Of a stretch of 64,000 bases of DNA, positions 49,066-58,587 are shown one piece after another. The notes beneath the pieces are model-generated. The model was not told the DNA's origin. It did not search any database and worked only from the letters and a program-made list of their open reading frames with translations. A program made the translations under genes and the position numbers. Position 1 is the first letter of the stretch. The number at the start of each line of letters is the position of its first letter. Origin of the DNA: Candidatus Iainarchaeum sp. (lineage in GTDB: Archaea; Nanobdellota; Nanobdellia; Pacearchaeales; GW2011-AR1); NCBI GenBank assembly GCA_043815085.1, contig JBDRJG010000001.1, positions 1,594 to 65,593 on the forward strand. Direction: 5' to 3'.

Positions 49066-50078
49066 TTTTTAGATTCGATTATCTCTTTAAATCTCTTTTG
49101 AATCCTCCTTATATCTAAATCTCTTGGGGGCTTATTATCATTATACCAAGGCTCTCTAAGAATCTTTTCATATAATTTATCATCATTATCGACTTTTATT
49201 ATATATTTTATAAATTCCTTCATATTTTTAAAATCATTATAGTTTATGAAACTTTTTGTGTTGAACTCTTTATTTACATCTTTATGTCCAAAATAAATTG
49301 GTATACTGTTTACTAACATGGGATGAGTTAGTTTCTCTGATATATACCCTGACCTTGAAGAATTTTCAAATGCAGTCGTAAATTTATATTTTTTTATGAA
49401 ATTTAATTTATCTATTACACAACTTGCAGAAATCCTTGATTCTTTTGGACTATTGTATCTTATTGGGGGCATATTGTTCATGCATCTTCCAGGAGCATCA
49501 ATTTTCTTGTATTTACTTAATTCTTTAAAAAAATCGTTTCTTTTGGCAATATCACGAGCATAAATAAAATTACAGAATTCAGTTTTTTCTTTTTTTATTT
49601 TATTAAAATTAATTTTCTTTTTTATCGTGGGAATTCCAAAGTTTTTTAACTGATAATCATTAACTATAATTATGAGTTTCATATGTCTTGGATTATTTAT
49701 TTCTTCTTCAGGATATTCTGAGAAAGCCCAACCACATTTATTCATATTTGGTTTTATAAGTTCTGAACCAAAGAAAATTTTTACAAAATTTCCCTCGGGC
49801 AGGGGAAATTTGTCTTTTATAGAAAAATTGGAAATCTTTGAATAAATTTCCCTTAATAAAATATATAATTTAGGGGATATTCTCCTTATAAAATCTCCTT
49901 TTTTTGATAAATCTCCGGAAGTCTTTATTTCTTGATAAACAGAATAAAAAAGATAATCTGGATTTTCGCTTATTTTAACATCATATAAGTTTCTAAGGGT
50001 ATTAGTAAGAAAGTTATTTTCTGGGTTAAATCCCTCCCAAAAATACTTGAAGTTTATTTTTATTGTTTTCTTTTTCAT
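49062..50078 (-). CDS. GT10 alpha-1,3-fucosyltransferase-like protein
   Basis: FCNFIY, YKFTTAFENS, GYISEK, IPIYFG. Confidence 0.9.
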   Translation of the reverse strand: MKKKTIKINFKYFWEGFNPENNFLTNTLRNLYDVKISENPDYLFYSVYQEIKTSGDLSKKGDFIRRISPKLYILLREIYSKISNFSIKDKFPLPEGNFVKIFFGSELIKPNMNKCGWAFSEYPEEEINNPRHMKLIIIVNDYQLKNFGIPTIKKKINFNKIKKEKTEFCNFIYARDIAKRNDFFKELSKYKKIDAPGRCMNNMPPIRYNSPKESRISASCVIDKLNFIKKYKFTTAFENSSRSGYISEKLTHPMLVNSIPIYFGHKDVNKEFNTKSFINYNDFKNMKEFIKYIIKVDNDDKLYEKILREPWYNDNKPPRDLDIRRIQKRFKEIIESKK

Positions 50079-50121
50079 CTTTTTAAGAAAAATCTCAAAT
50101 ATATAAATCTACTTTCCATAA

Positions 50122-51633
50122 TTATTTTCTCTTAAATATGCCCTTAATTAATCCAAAATCTTCTCTATTTATCCCTTTTGTTAATATTAAAACTCCAAAA
50201 TAAACTCCTGCCCCCAGGATTATTTCCAATACCCCGAAGAATAGATTCATATTAATAAAATGGCTAAAAGCTAATAAAAAAATAGACATTATTGCTGTTG
50301 CAAATATTGGGCTCCTTAAGCCAATCCCCTTAACTTTAAAATTAAATTCTTTTTTTGCATAAAAGACAAGTAAACCTAACAAAAGTATTCTACTAAGAGA
50401 GGTTGCTAATCCAACCCCCGCCATCATAAATAAAGGATTATTTTTAAATAAAAAGATTACTAAAACATTTAACAAAATGTTTATAAATAAAGAGAAAAGA
50501 ACTGATTTGCTTACTATTTGTGGTTTTTCTTTTGATTGGAAGATTATTGAATATAATCCAATTAGAGGAGTTGTAACTATCAAAAGAGCTAAAAAATAAA
50601 GGGGGATTGTTCCAAGAATATATTCATTTCCATAAATTGCCTTAATTAAATATTTAGCTATAAAAATCATCCCTGCAGTTGCGGGTATTGAAATAATTAA
50701 TATGTACCTCAAAGTCTTGTGAAATCCTCTGCTAAATCTTTTTCCATTTATCTGGGTAAAAATTGGAAGAAATATACCCGACAAAGAAAATAAAGCGGCA
50801 ATTGTAAGAACTAAACTCAGTGCTACCCTATAATATCCTAAATATTCAAATGCAACAAATTTACCCAACATTAATGTATCCACAGAACCAAAAAATACAA
50901 GAGAAAGGCTAGCAACCCCCATAAACTCTAAAAATTTCAAAACCTTTTTTTTGTTTATGTATACTTTTGGACCAAAAAATAAATTTCTATCTCTTTTAAA
51001 TAATATTAAGATTGTTATAAACAAAACAATCGCTCCTGAAACGAAAAATGCTATAAATAAACCCGAAACCTTAAAAGCATCTGAAAGAATCATGAGTGCT
51101 AACAAAGAAAATGAAATCTTAAAAATTTGATAAAAAACACCTAATATTGTTGGAATCCTTAGTTCTTTTAGTGCAAGAAAAAAAGTGGAAAAGAAATTCC
51201 AAAAAGACTCCATAATTAAAAAGAGGCAAGAAAAGATTAAGGGGTAAAATAATAAAGGATTTTGATATAATTTATAAGAGATTAGCTTTGACAAAATAAT
51301 TACCATAACAACGACTATAAAAACTGCCAAAACTTTTATCCTTAATAAAAATCTGAAATAAGAGCGTGCCTGAGATATCTTTCTCCTGCCGATGGAAATT
51401 GATAAATATCTTAACAGAGTATCATCTAATCCAAAATTTGTAAAGACCATAAATATTGCTATTATTGACAAAACTAAAGAATAAACACCAAATAATTCTG
51501 GTAAAAGCATTCTTGCAATAATTATAGTAAAAATTAATCCTCCAATTTTTAGGATTATGCTAGAAAATAAATTGTAACCTGTATTTTTCACAGATACTTT
51601 TGACAGATTTTGATTATTTATGCCTACTTCCAT
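50122..51633 (-). CDS. Oligosaccharide flippase (MOP/Wzx family)
   Basis: ARMLLPELFGVY, DTLMLG...GYY, many TMs. Confidence 0.92.
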   Translation of the reverse strand: MEVGINNQNLSKVSVKNTGYNLFSSIILKIGGLIFTIIIARMLLPELFGVYSLVLSIIAIFMVFTNFGLDDTLLRYLSISIGRRKISQARSYFRFLLRIKVLAVFIVVVMVIILSKLISYKLYQNPLLFYPLIFSCLFLIMESFWNFFSTFFLALKELRIPTILGVFYQIFKISFSLLALMILSDAFKVSGLFIAFFVSGAIVLFITILILFKRDRNLFFGPKVYINKKKVLKFLEFMGVASLSLVFFGSVDTLMLGKFVAFEYLGYYRVALSLVLTIAALFSLSGIFLPIFTQINGKRFSRGFHKTLRYILIISIPATAGMIFIAKYLIKAIYGNEYILGTIPLYFLALLIVTTPLIGLYSIIFQSKEKPQIVSKSVLFSLFINILLNVLVIFLFKNNPLFMMAGVGLATSLSRILLLGLLVFYAKKEFNFKVKGIGLRSPIFATAIMSIFLLAFSHFINMNLFFGVLEIILGAGVYFGVLILTKGINREDFGLIKGIFKRK

Positions 51634-51736
51634 CTTTTTATAAGAAAACCTTTATTTTTAAAGATAAGTAAGTAGGATATAAAACTATAAGATAACCTCA
51701 ATAAAGATTAAAAAGGGTAAAGTATCTTAAAAATAT

Positions 51737-51880
51737 ATGGCAGATATTTTATGTACAATCATGGGTGTTATGGATATAATTGCCGGAATATTAATTATTC
51801 TTAATTTTGGAAACAATATTCTCGGAATTATTTTTGGCATTGCGATGATTGGAAAAGGGGGATTTAGTTTGATAGGATGA
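51737..51880 (+). CDS. 47-aa hydrophobic peptide coupled to the radical SAM gene (not in ORF track)
   Basis: MADILCTIMGVMDIIAGILIILNFGNNILGIIFGIAMIGKGGFSLIG; ATGA overlap with 51877. Confidence 0.65.
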   Translation: MADILCTIMGVMDIIAGILIILNFGNNILGIIFGIAMIGKGGFSLIG

Positions 51881-53301
51881 AAAATTCTAAAGATAAAGTT
51901 TTGCTGGTGACTAGTAGTTGTGAGGATACCCCTTTTGTTCCTGAAGGTAGATTTAATGAACTATCCCATTATCCTATTGGTTTAGCATATTTATATTCTT
52001 ATATTGAATCAAAGGGATTTGATGTTAAAATGCTCTCCCATAATCATAAATCAGATAAAGATTGTTTTAAAGAAGTTATAGAAGAAATAGAAAATTTTTC
52101 TCCAGACATTGTTGGTTTTCAAATATTAACTTCAAACAGAGTTAGTAGCTATCATTTAATTGAATATATACATCAAAATTATCCAAAAATTAAAATAATA
52201 GTCGGGGGGATTCATGTTACAATAATGTATAAACAATTAATTGAAAAATATCCTTTTTTAATAGCAGTTCTGGGTGAGGGTGAAATAACTTTGTTTGAAT
52301 TGATTAAGGAATTAGATAAAAAAAGCCCCAATCTTAAGAAAATTGATGGACTTGGATTTTATAAAAACAATAGCGTAATGAGAACAAAACCAAGAAAATT
52401 AATAGAAAATTTAGATACTCTGCCTTTTCCAAAGCATGAACTATTTTTTAAAAATCCTAAAAGAGATTCTGGATGTCTCTTAACTTCAAGGGGGTGTTAT
52501 TTCTCATGTAGTTTTTGTTGTTTAAATCCAGAAGCAAAAAGAATTGTAAGATTTAGGTCTCCAAAAAACGTTGTTGATGAAATAGAATATATGGTTAAAA
52601 GTTTTCCACAAATGACAGAAATATTCATACATGATGATTCTTTTTTTAGCAACAATGAAAGAGTTATAAAAATTTGTGATGAAATAATTAAGCGAAAAAT
52701 AAAAATGAATTTTGTGTGTGAAGGTAGAATTAAGCCTATAAGCAGCGAAATGATTAAAAAACTGGAACAAGCTAATTTTAAAAGAGTTCTATTGGGTATA
52801 GAAAGTGGAGACAATGGAATTTTAAAGGCTTGCCATAAGGGAATAAATCAAGAAGATATATTGCATGCCTTCAAATTATTTTCAAAATCTTCTATAAATC
52901 TTAAAACACTTTTGATTATTGGTCTGCCCGGAGAAAATATAGGAACAATAAAAGAAACTGTCAGATTTATAAAAAAATGCCAAAAAATAAAATATGTTTC
53001 TTATGGTAATATCAAACCCCTACTAATGGTTTTTCCTGGAACAGAAGTTTATGAAATTGCAAAGTCAAAGGGAATGATTAATGATAATTATTGGCTCTCT
53101 GAAAAAGTAATTCCTCTATATACTATAGAAAACAGTTATGAAAGACTGAAAGAACTTGGGAATATCCTCTTAGATAATATTGCTTTTAGCAGAATAATCA
53201 CTCCAAAAGGATTTAGAGCTCAATTTGATATGATTCCTTATTTAACAAAATATTTACTAATTAAAGTGATGGAAAAAATAAAAAAAGATATTAAAGATTA
53301 A
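51877..53301 (+). CDS. Cobalamin-binding-domain radical SAM protein
   Basis: YPIGLAY, GGIH, GEGE, RGCYFSCSFC, GIESG. Confidence 0.93.
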   Translation: MKNSKDKVLLVTSSCEDTPFVPEGRFNELSHYPIGLAYLYSYIESKGFDVKMLSHNHKSDKDCFKEVIEEIENFSPDIVGFQILTSNRVSSYHLIEYIHQNYPKIKIIVGGIHVTIMYKQLIEKYPFLIAVLGEGEITLFELIKELDKKSPNLKKIDGLGFYKNNSVMRTKPRKLIENLDTLPFPKHELFFKNPKRDSGCLLTSRGCYFSCSFCCLNPEAKRIVRFRSPKNVVDEIEYMVKSFPQMTEIFIHDDSFFSNNERVIKICDEIIKRKIKMNFVCEGRIKPISSEMIKKLEQANFKRVLLGIESGDNGILKACHKGINQEDILHAFKLFSKSSINLKTLLIIGLPGENIGTIKETVRFIKKCQKIKYVSYGNIKPLLMVFPGTEVYEIAKSKGMINDNYWLSEKVIPLYTIENSYERLKELGNILLDNIAFSRIITPKGFRAQFDMIPYLTKYLLIKVMEKIKKDIKD

Positions 53302-53356
53302 AAAGGATAAATTATCTTAAAAATATATGGCAGATGGGAGGATTTAGTTTTATATA

Positions 53357-54790
53357 ATGAAAAATTTTAAAAATAAAGTTTTGCTGATAACAAGCAGTTT
53401 TGAAGACCTTTTGACAGATGAAGGAAAGATGACTGAGGAATGGGGTGAAGAAACATATTACCCCTTGGGGTTGGCTTATATACATTCTTATCTTGAATCT
53501 AAAGGTATGGAGGTAGAGACCCTCTGGCTTAATCACAAACCATATGAGAATTGCTTTAAAGAAGTAATTGATAAGGTAAAATATTTTGCTCCTGATGTTG
53601 TGGGTTTTCAAATGCTAACTTGTAATAGGGTGAGTAGTTATTATCTGATTGAATGGATACATAAAAATTATCCTAAAATTAAAATAGTCCTTGGAGGAAT
53701 TCATTCTACGATAATGTATAAACAATTAATTGAAAAATATCCTTTCTCAATAACAGTGCTTGGTGACGGTGAAATAACTCTCTTTAAACTTATAAAAGAA
53801 TTGAACAAAAAAAGCCCCAATCTTAAAAAGATTGATGGAATTGCATTCTATAAAAATAATAGTGTAATAAGAACAAAGGCAAGAAAATTAATAGAAGATT
53901 TGGACAGTCTACCTTTCCCCAAGCATGAAGTATTTTTTAATTATAGTAAAAGATGGACTGGTAGTTTGTTAAGTACAAGGGGATGTCCTAATGCATGTAG
54001 TTTTTGTTGCCTAAATCCTGAGTCTAAGAGGATTGTAAGATTCAGAGATCCTAAAAAAGTTGTGGATGAAATAGAATATATGATAAATAAATTCCCCCAG
54101 ATGAAAGAACTTTCCATAAACGACGATTCTTTTTTTGTTAATAATCAAAAAGTAATAGATATTTGCAATGAGATAATAAAGAGAAAGATAAAAATGGATT
54201 TTGTGTGTAGTGGGAGAATTAAACCAATAAGTAAAGAAGTTGTTGAAAAACTTGAAGAAGCCAATTTTATAAGGGTTACACTTGGTATAGAAAGTGGAGA
54301 TGATGGGATATTAAAATCCTGCCATAAAGGAATAAACCAAGAAGATATTCTAAAGGCATTTAAATTATTTTCTAAATCAAATATACATCTTAAAACCTAT
54401 TTAATCATCGGTTTACCTGGAGAAAGTATAGAAACAATAAAAGAAACTGCCAGATTTATAAGAAAATTACAAAAAATAAAATATGTATCCTATCCTACCT
54501 GTTTCAATATTCTTTTTGTTTATCCCGGAACAGAAGTTTATGAGATTGCTAAATCAAAAGGATTTATTGATGATGAGTTTTGGCTTGCTGACAAGCAGAT
54601 TCCATTATATACTGCAGAAAACAGTTATGAAAAGCTGAAAGAATTTGAAAAAATCCTCGCGGATAATCTATCTTTTTATAGGATAATGACTCCGAAAGGG
54701 TTTAAGGCCCAATTTGAAACTATCCCTTACTTATTAAAATATGGTTTTCAAAGAATAGCGACGCTGTTAAAAAAAGGAAGATTGCTCTAA
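53357..54790 (+). CDS. Cobalamin-binding-domain radical SAM protein, tandem paralogue
   Basis: YPLGLAY, GGIH, RGCPNACSFC, GIESG. Confidence 0.93.
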   Translation: MKNFKNKVLLITSSFEDLLTDEGKMTEEWGEETYYPLGLAYIHSYLESKGMEVETLWLNHKPYENCFKEVIDKVKYFAPDVVGFQMLTCNRVSSYYLIEWIHKNYPKIKIVLGGIHSTIMYKQLIEKYPFSITVLGDGEITLFKLIKELNKKSPNLKKIDGIAFYKNNSVIRTKARKLIEDLDSLPFPKHEVFFNYSKRWTGSLLSTRGCPNACSFCCLNPESKRIVRFRDPKKVVDEIEYMINKFPQMKELSINDDSFFVNNQKVIDICNEIIKRKIKMDFVCSGRIKPISKEVVEKLEEANFIRVTLGIESGDDGILKSCHKGINQEDILKAFKLFSKSNIHLKTYLIIGLPGESIETIKETARFIRKLQKIKYVSYPTCFNILFVYPGTEVYEIAKSKGFIDDEFWLADKQIPLYTAENSYEKLKEFEKILADNLSFYRIMTPKGFKAQFETIPYLLKYGFQRIATLLKKGRLL

Positions 54791-54833
54791 ATAACATAGT
54801 AATCTTTTTAAATCCCTAAATTTACCTACTGAT

Positions 54834-55547
54834 ATGAAATCTCTAGCAAGATATTTTTATAAAATAAGAAGTTTTCTACCAAATATTAAGCGAAATAAAC
54901 TTTATAATTTTATAAAGAGTTTATTAGTGTATGATGAAAATGAAAAGAATATTTTAAGAGCTTTAGAGTTTGTGAAGCTGAATGATTTAGAAGGAGATTA
55001 TGCAGAATTTGGGGTTTATAATGGAGAGAGTTTTATTATTGCATGTTATTTCTCCAAGTTTTTTAAATTAAAAAACATGAAATTTTATGCATTCGATAGT
55101 TTTGAAGGATTACCTAGTCCAGAAAAAGAAGATTTGGGATTTTATTGGAAAGAGGGAGATTGTAATTGTTCTCTTGAGAAATTTAAAAGTAATCTTAAAA
55201 AAGCAAAAGTTGATTTAAATGGAGTAGTAAGTATAAAAGGGTGGTATAATGAAACTTTAAAAAAGGGTAAGAAATATGGAATCAAAAAGCTTGCTTTTAT
55301 CCATGTTGATTGTGATTATTACTCTTCTACAAAACTAGTGTTTGAATATATAAAACCCTTTTTACAAGAAGGAACTGTTATTCTATTTGATGATTGGTAT
55401 TGCTATAATGCAAGCGCTGAGGAAGGAGAACAGAAGGCATTTGGAGAGTTCTTAAAGAAAAACAAACATATTTCGTTTATAGATTTTCCAGCAGAGGGTC
55501 TGAAAAAAATGTTTATATGTCAAAAAATAGGCAAGAAATATGCATGA
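54834..55547 (+). CDS. TylF/MycF-family O-methyltransferase
   Basis: GDYAEFGVYNG, FDSFEGLP, KGWY, HVDCDYY, FDDW. Confidence 0.92.
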   Translation: MKSLARYFYKIRSFLPNIKRNKLYNFIKSLLVYDENEKNILRALEFVKLNDLEGDYAEFGVYNGESFIIACYFSKFFKLKNMKFYAFDSFEGLPSPEKEDLGFYWKEGDCNCSLEKFKSNLKKAKVDLNGVVSIKGWYNETLKKGKKYGIKKLAFIHVDCDYYSSTKLVFEYIKPFLQEGTVILFDDWYCYNASAEEGEQKAFGEFLKKNKHISFIDFPAEGLKKMFICQKIGKKYA

Positions 55548-55575
55548 TGAGAAAAAACTTATTTAAATAGGGAGA

Positions 55576-55734
55576 TTAAAGAAATACACACTCAACATCA
55601 TTATTTATATTTTTTAATTGTTCAAAAACTTCTTGATTATATTGCCCCAAATTTAAAAATATTCTCAAATTATCTTTTCCGGATACAACCTCTTCTGGCT
55701 TCCTGCAAATTAAATTTGTCCCATATATCCTTCT
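55576..55734 (-). pseudogene. Start-less 3' gene remnant, probably a methyltransferase tail
   Basis: Open frame RRIYGTNLICRKPEEVV...FLNLGQYNQEVFEQLKNINNDVECVFL*, no start codon, overlaps the end of the NTase in another frame. Confidence 0.55.
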
Positions 55735-56420
55735 CCGTGAGGATAATTTTCTAAAGCATGTTTATAAGAAATAGGGACCCCCGTATCAAACCAAGTAAAT
55801 ACTTTCCCAGACATTCTTTTATCTATCAAGGCTTTGAATCCATTAGAAACTTGTATTTCCCCAAAAATTAAATTTTTATTTGATTCAAGTTGTTCCCAAA
55901 AATAATCATAATCTTTTATTCCAGATAATCCAATGAATGCATATTCGTTATCTGTTTTTACTTTATCATCAATCCTTACTACTATTTTTTCATCATTCAT
56001 TTTTGCTGAACAAAATCTACTTGTATCATTAACTTTTGCTAATCCAAACCAGTTTTCATCTGGAGGGGGAACTTCTTCTCTAACTAAGGTATCTGCGGCA
56101 AAAAAGATAAATGGGCATTGAAGGTCTTCTTTACACTTCAATAATGAGTAACCGGGGCCTGTCCCTGGACCAATATATTTATCAACTTCTACATGAACCA
56201 ACTTTCTTTTTGGATATGCATGATTAAGGTAAGAAATTAATTGGTCTTTTTTATATCCTACAGCTATTACAATTTCCACGTCTTCTGGAAATTTTTCTAT
56301 TATATGACAAATAGATGGCTTTCCATGAACTGGAATAAGGGCTTTATTAAAAATATTAGAAAACTCTCCAATACGGCTTCCAATTCCTGCAGCAAGGATA
56401 CAAACTTTGTAGTTTCCCAT
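55710..56420 (-). CDS. Sugar-phosphate nucleotidyltransferase domain (paralogue of the N-terminal half of 59569-61167)
   Basis: ILAAGIGSR, NKALIP, WFDTG. Confidence 0.85.
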   Translation of the reverse strand: MGNYKVCILAAGIGSRIGEFSNIFNKALIPVHGKPSICHIIEKFPEDVEIVIAVGYKKDQLISYLNHAYPKRKLVHVEVDKYIGPGTGPGYSLLKCKEDLQCPFIFFAADTLVREEVPPPDENWFGLAKVNDTSRFCSAKMNDEKIVVRIDDKVKTDNEYAFIGLSGIKDYDYFWEQLESNKNLIFGEIQVSNGFKALIDKRMSGKVFTWFDTGVPISYKHALENYPHGEGYMGQI

Positions 56421-56456
56421 ATTAATATTAAATGAAATTATTTATAAACTTATTTC

Positions 56457-57389
56457 TTAACTCTTTCCAATAGCTCTTCCATAAGCATTTTCAAGAACTA
56501 ATAAATTTTCTAAATTATTGGCCGCAATAACTGCATCAGCATTTTCAATATCGTATCCTTCTGTTTGAATTAATTCTCTAGAGGGGGAAAGATAATAACA
56601 TCTAGATTCTCCTCCTGCTTCATTAACATGTAAAAGTCCAACAACATCGAATGGACCTCCAATTGCAGTTGTTATATTTCCAACAAGCAAGGGTCTTCCT
56701 TGGGCTGTAAGTGCATAATGGCTTCCATTACTCTGGGAAGAGCTTTCTTTAGCTCCTGCATTTTCAAGTTCATTTGATAAGGTTCTTCTTCCTTCTTGTG
56801 TTAACATTTCTTTTAATCCATTTTTTGTTTTTCTCTTAAATGGAAAGGGTATATCCACTAAAACTATTGAATCGTCCTTTATTTTATGATTATTTACTTT
56901 AATAGGCACCCCATTTTCATATACCCATTTTTGAGAGGGATAATCAAAAATATTCTTCCAAGCTCCTTCTCCTTTAGCTGAAAACCATGCTCTCCCTGTA
57001 GAAGGTTCCATTGTTCCGCAAGCTAAAACCTCTTTATTCTTAGAATCATAAGCACCCAAAATAACTGTTGGGGTTGGGACCCCCACTAAAAATCCTCCTG
57101 TTCCATCTAAAGGGTCATGATAAATAACAATATTAGATTCCAAATTTCCAATCTCTTCATCTGATTCTTCTTGATTTAACCTATATTGTCCTAAATCTCT
57201 TTGAATTATTGGAAGTGCTAAAGCTTGGCTTGTTGTATCTACAATAGTTACTGCTGATTTATCTCCTTTTATAATATATTCAGACAGATCAACTTCTCCA
57301 AGAATTGCTTTCCTAATATAATTAGAGGAAACTGCTAATGCTTCTTTAGAACATTCAATGAATTTTCTTGCGTCAAAGTATTCTTCCAT
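56457..57389 (-). CDS. Inositol monophosphatase / FBPase superfamily protein
   Basis: KGDKSAVT..D, QEES, DPLDGT, EAGG. Confidence 0.88.
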   Translation of the reverse strand: MEEYFDARKFIECSKEALAVSSNYIRKAILGEVDLSEYIIKGDKSAVTIVDTTSQALALPIIQRDLGQYRLNQEESDEEIGNLESNIVIYHDPLDGTGGFLVGVPTPTVILGAYDSKNKEVLACGTMEPSTGRAWFSAKGEGAWKNIFDYPSQKWVYENGVPIKVNNHKIKDDSIVLVDIPFPFKRKTKNGLKEMLTQEGRRTLSNELENAGAKESSSQSNGSHYALTAQGRPLLVGNITTAIGGPFDVVGLLHVNEAGGESRCYYLSPSRELIQTEGYDIENADAVIAANNLENLLVLENAYGRAIGKS

Positions 57390-57451
57390 ATTTTCCCAAC
57401 AATTGCTTGGTTTTTAAATTTTATTGTTGTAAAAACATATTTATTTTATTT
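57384..57451. repeat. ~67-bp direct repeat, copy 1 (second copy 58092-58158)
   Basis: Identical apart from one C; contains stop, TATA-like TTTAAAAA and ATGGAA on the minus strand. Confidence 0.95.
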
Positions 57452-58097
57452 TAAATTGTTCATAACTGTAATAATCAAATCCTTTAGGAGTGAAAATAAA
57501 ATGCCCCACATCAACTATAAATGGTTTGCTTTCACCCAACGCAGGCATTTCATTTATTACTTTTATTATATCTGATATATTATTAGGATTTCTTTCCTCT
57601 GTGAACCTATTTACTGTCATGTGGGCTCCCCAAGCTAAAGTAGTTTCTAATCCTCTTTGTTTAGAATTTTTACCAATTTCTTGCATTGTATTAAAGAAGT
57701 TTTCATCTGGATTTCCTTTTGCGATTAAACTATTTTTATTATACAACCAAGAATCATAATTTATTGTTGGTCTTCTTAACCCCTTAACTGAGGAATCAAC
57801 ACTTTTTGATAATTCTTCTAAAACTCCTTTATCTAATGAAAAATCATCGCTTGTGCCTTCAACAAGAATTGTTGTATGTAAATTAGATTTATCATAAATA
57901 ATTGAGGGAATTATTTCTGAAACTTTATAAGAGACATTTGTAGCAGACTCTACAATCTTATCTGGATGTCTAAATACAATTAAGTATGAGCCTTGATATT
58001 TTGGAATATTTGGAACAACCCCTGTTTCTTCTAATGAAGAAGATTCCATTCTGCTATAAATTGAATTTTGCTTTTCTAAAAAATCTTTGAATTCCAT
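57441..58097 (-). CDS. 2H phosphoesterase family protein
   Basis: Two HxT motifs (LHTTI, AHMTV); start reassigned to MEFKD. Confidence 0.75.
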   Translation of the reverse strand: MEFKDFLEKQNSIYSRMESSSLEETGVVPNIPKYQGSYLIVFRHPDKIVESATNVSYKVSEIIPSIIYDKSNLHTTILVEGTSDDFSLDKGVLEELSKSVDSSVKGLRRPTINYDSWLYNKNSLIAKGNPDENFFNTMQEIGKNSKQRGLETTLAWGAHMTVNRFTEERNPNNISDIIKVINEMPALGESKPFIVDVGHFIFTPKGFDYYSYEQFKIK

Positions 58098-58158
58098 ATT
58101 TTCCAACAATTGCTTGGTTTTTAAATTTTATTGTTGTAAAAACATATTTATTTTATTT
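58092..58158. repeat. ~67-bp direct repeat, copy 2
   Basis: See copy 1. Confidence 0.95.
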
Positions 58159-58587
58159 GTGTTCTGAATCTATTCTCCCTGAAGGTCTTTCTCCATCATC
58201 CAAAACTCTTATAACATCGTCAACGTGGGGAGTTGATACTTCTTGTAAAATAATATCTGTAAGGGCAATAACTCTATGCTTTCTAGGAGGAACAACTGTG
58301 AAAGAATCGTCTGCTTTCATTAATCTTTTTTCTATTTTTCCTTTTTCATTTTCCAACCAAACTTCTGCCTTACCTTCAATAATATAATTTGTTTCTATCT
58401 TTCTTTCATGGTATTGGAAACTGGTCTTTTCCCCCTTATTGATGTAAATTCTTTTATAACAATAACCCCTTCCGTTAGAATCTTCCCAGAGCTCTAACCA
58501 AACTTCTTTTCCCCAAGGCTTTTTTACTGTGCATGGAAAAGTATAATTTTCATATCCCCTTGGCCTATGTAGTTTTGGTCTATCCAT
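58153..58587 (-). CDS. Cupin (mannose-6-phosphate isomerase-like)
   Basis: KPWG, SFQYHERKIET, HRV, EVSTP. Confidence 0.88.
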   Translation of the reverse strand: MDRPKLHRPRGYENYTFPCTVKKPWGKEVWLELWEDSNGRGYCYKRIYINKGEKTSFQYHERKIETNYIIEGKAEVWLENEKGKIEKRLMKADDSFTVVPPRKHRVIALTDIILQEVSTPHVDDVIRVLDDGERPSGRIDSEHK

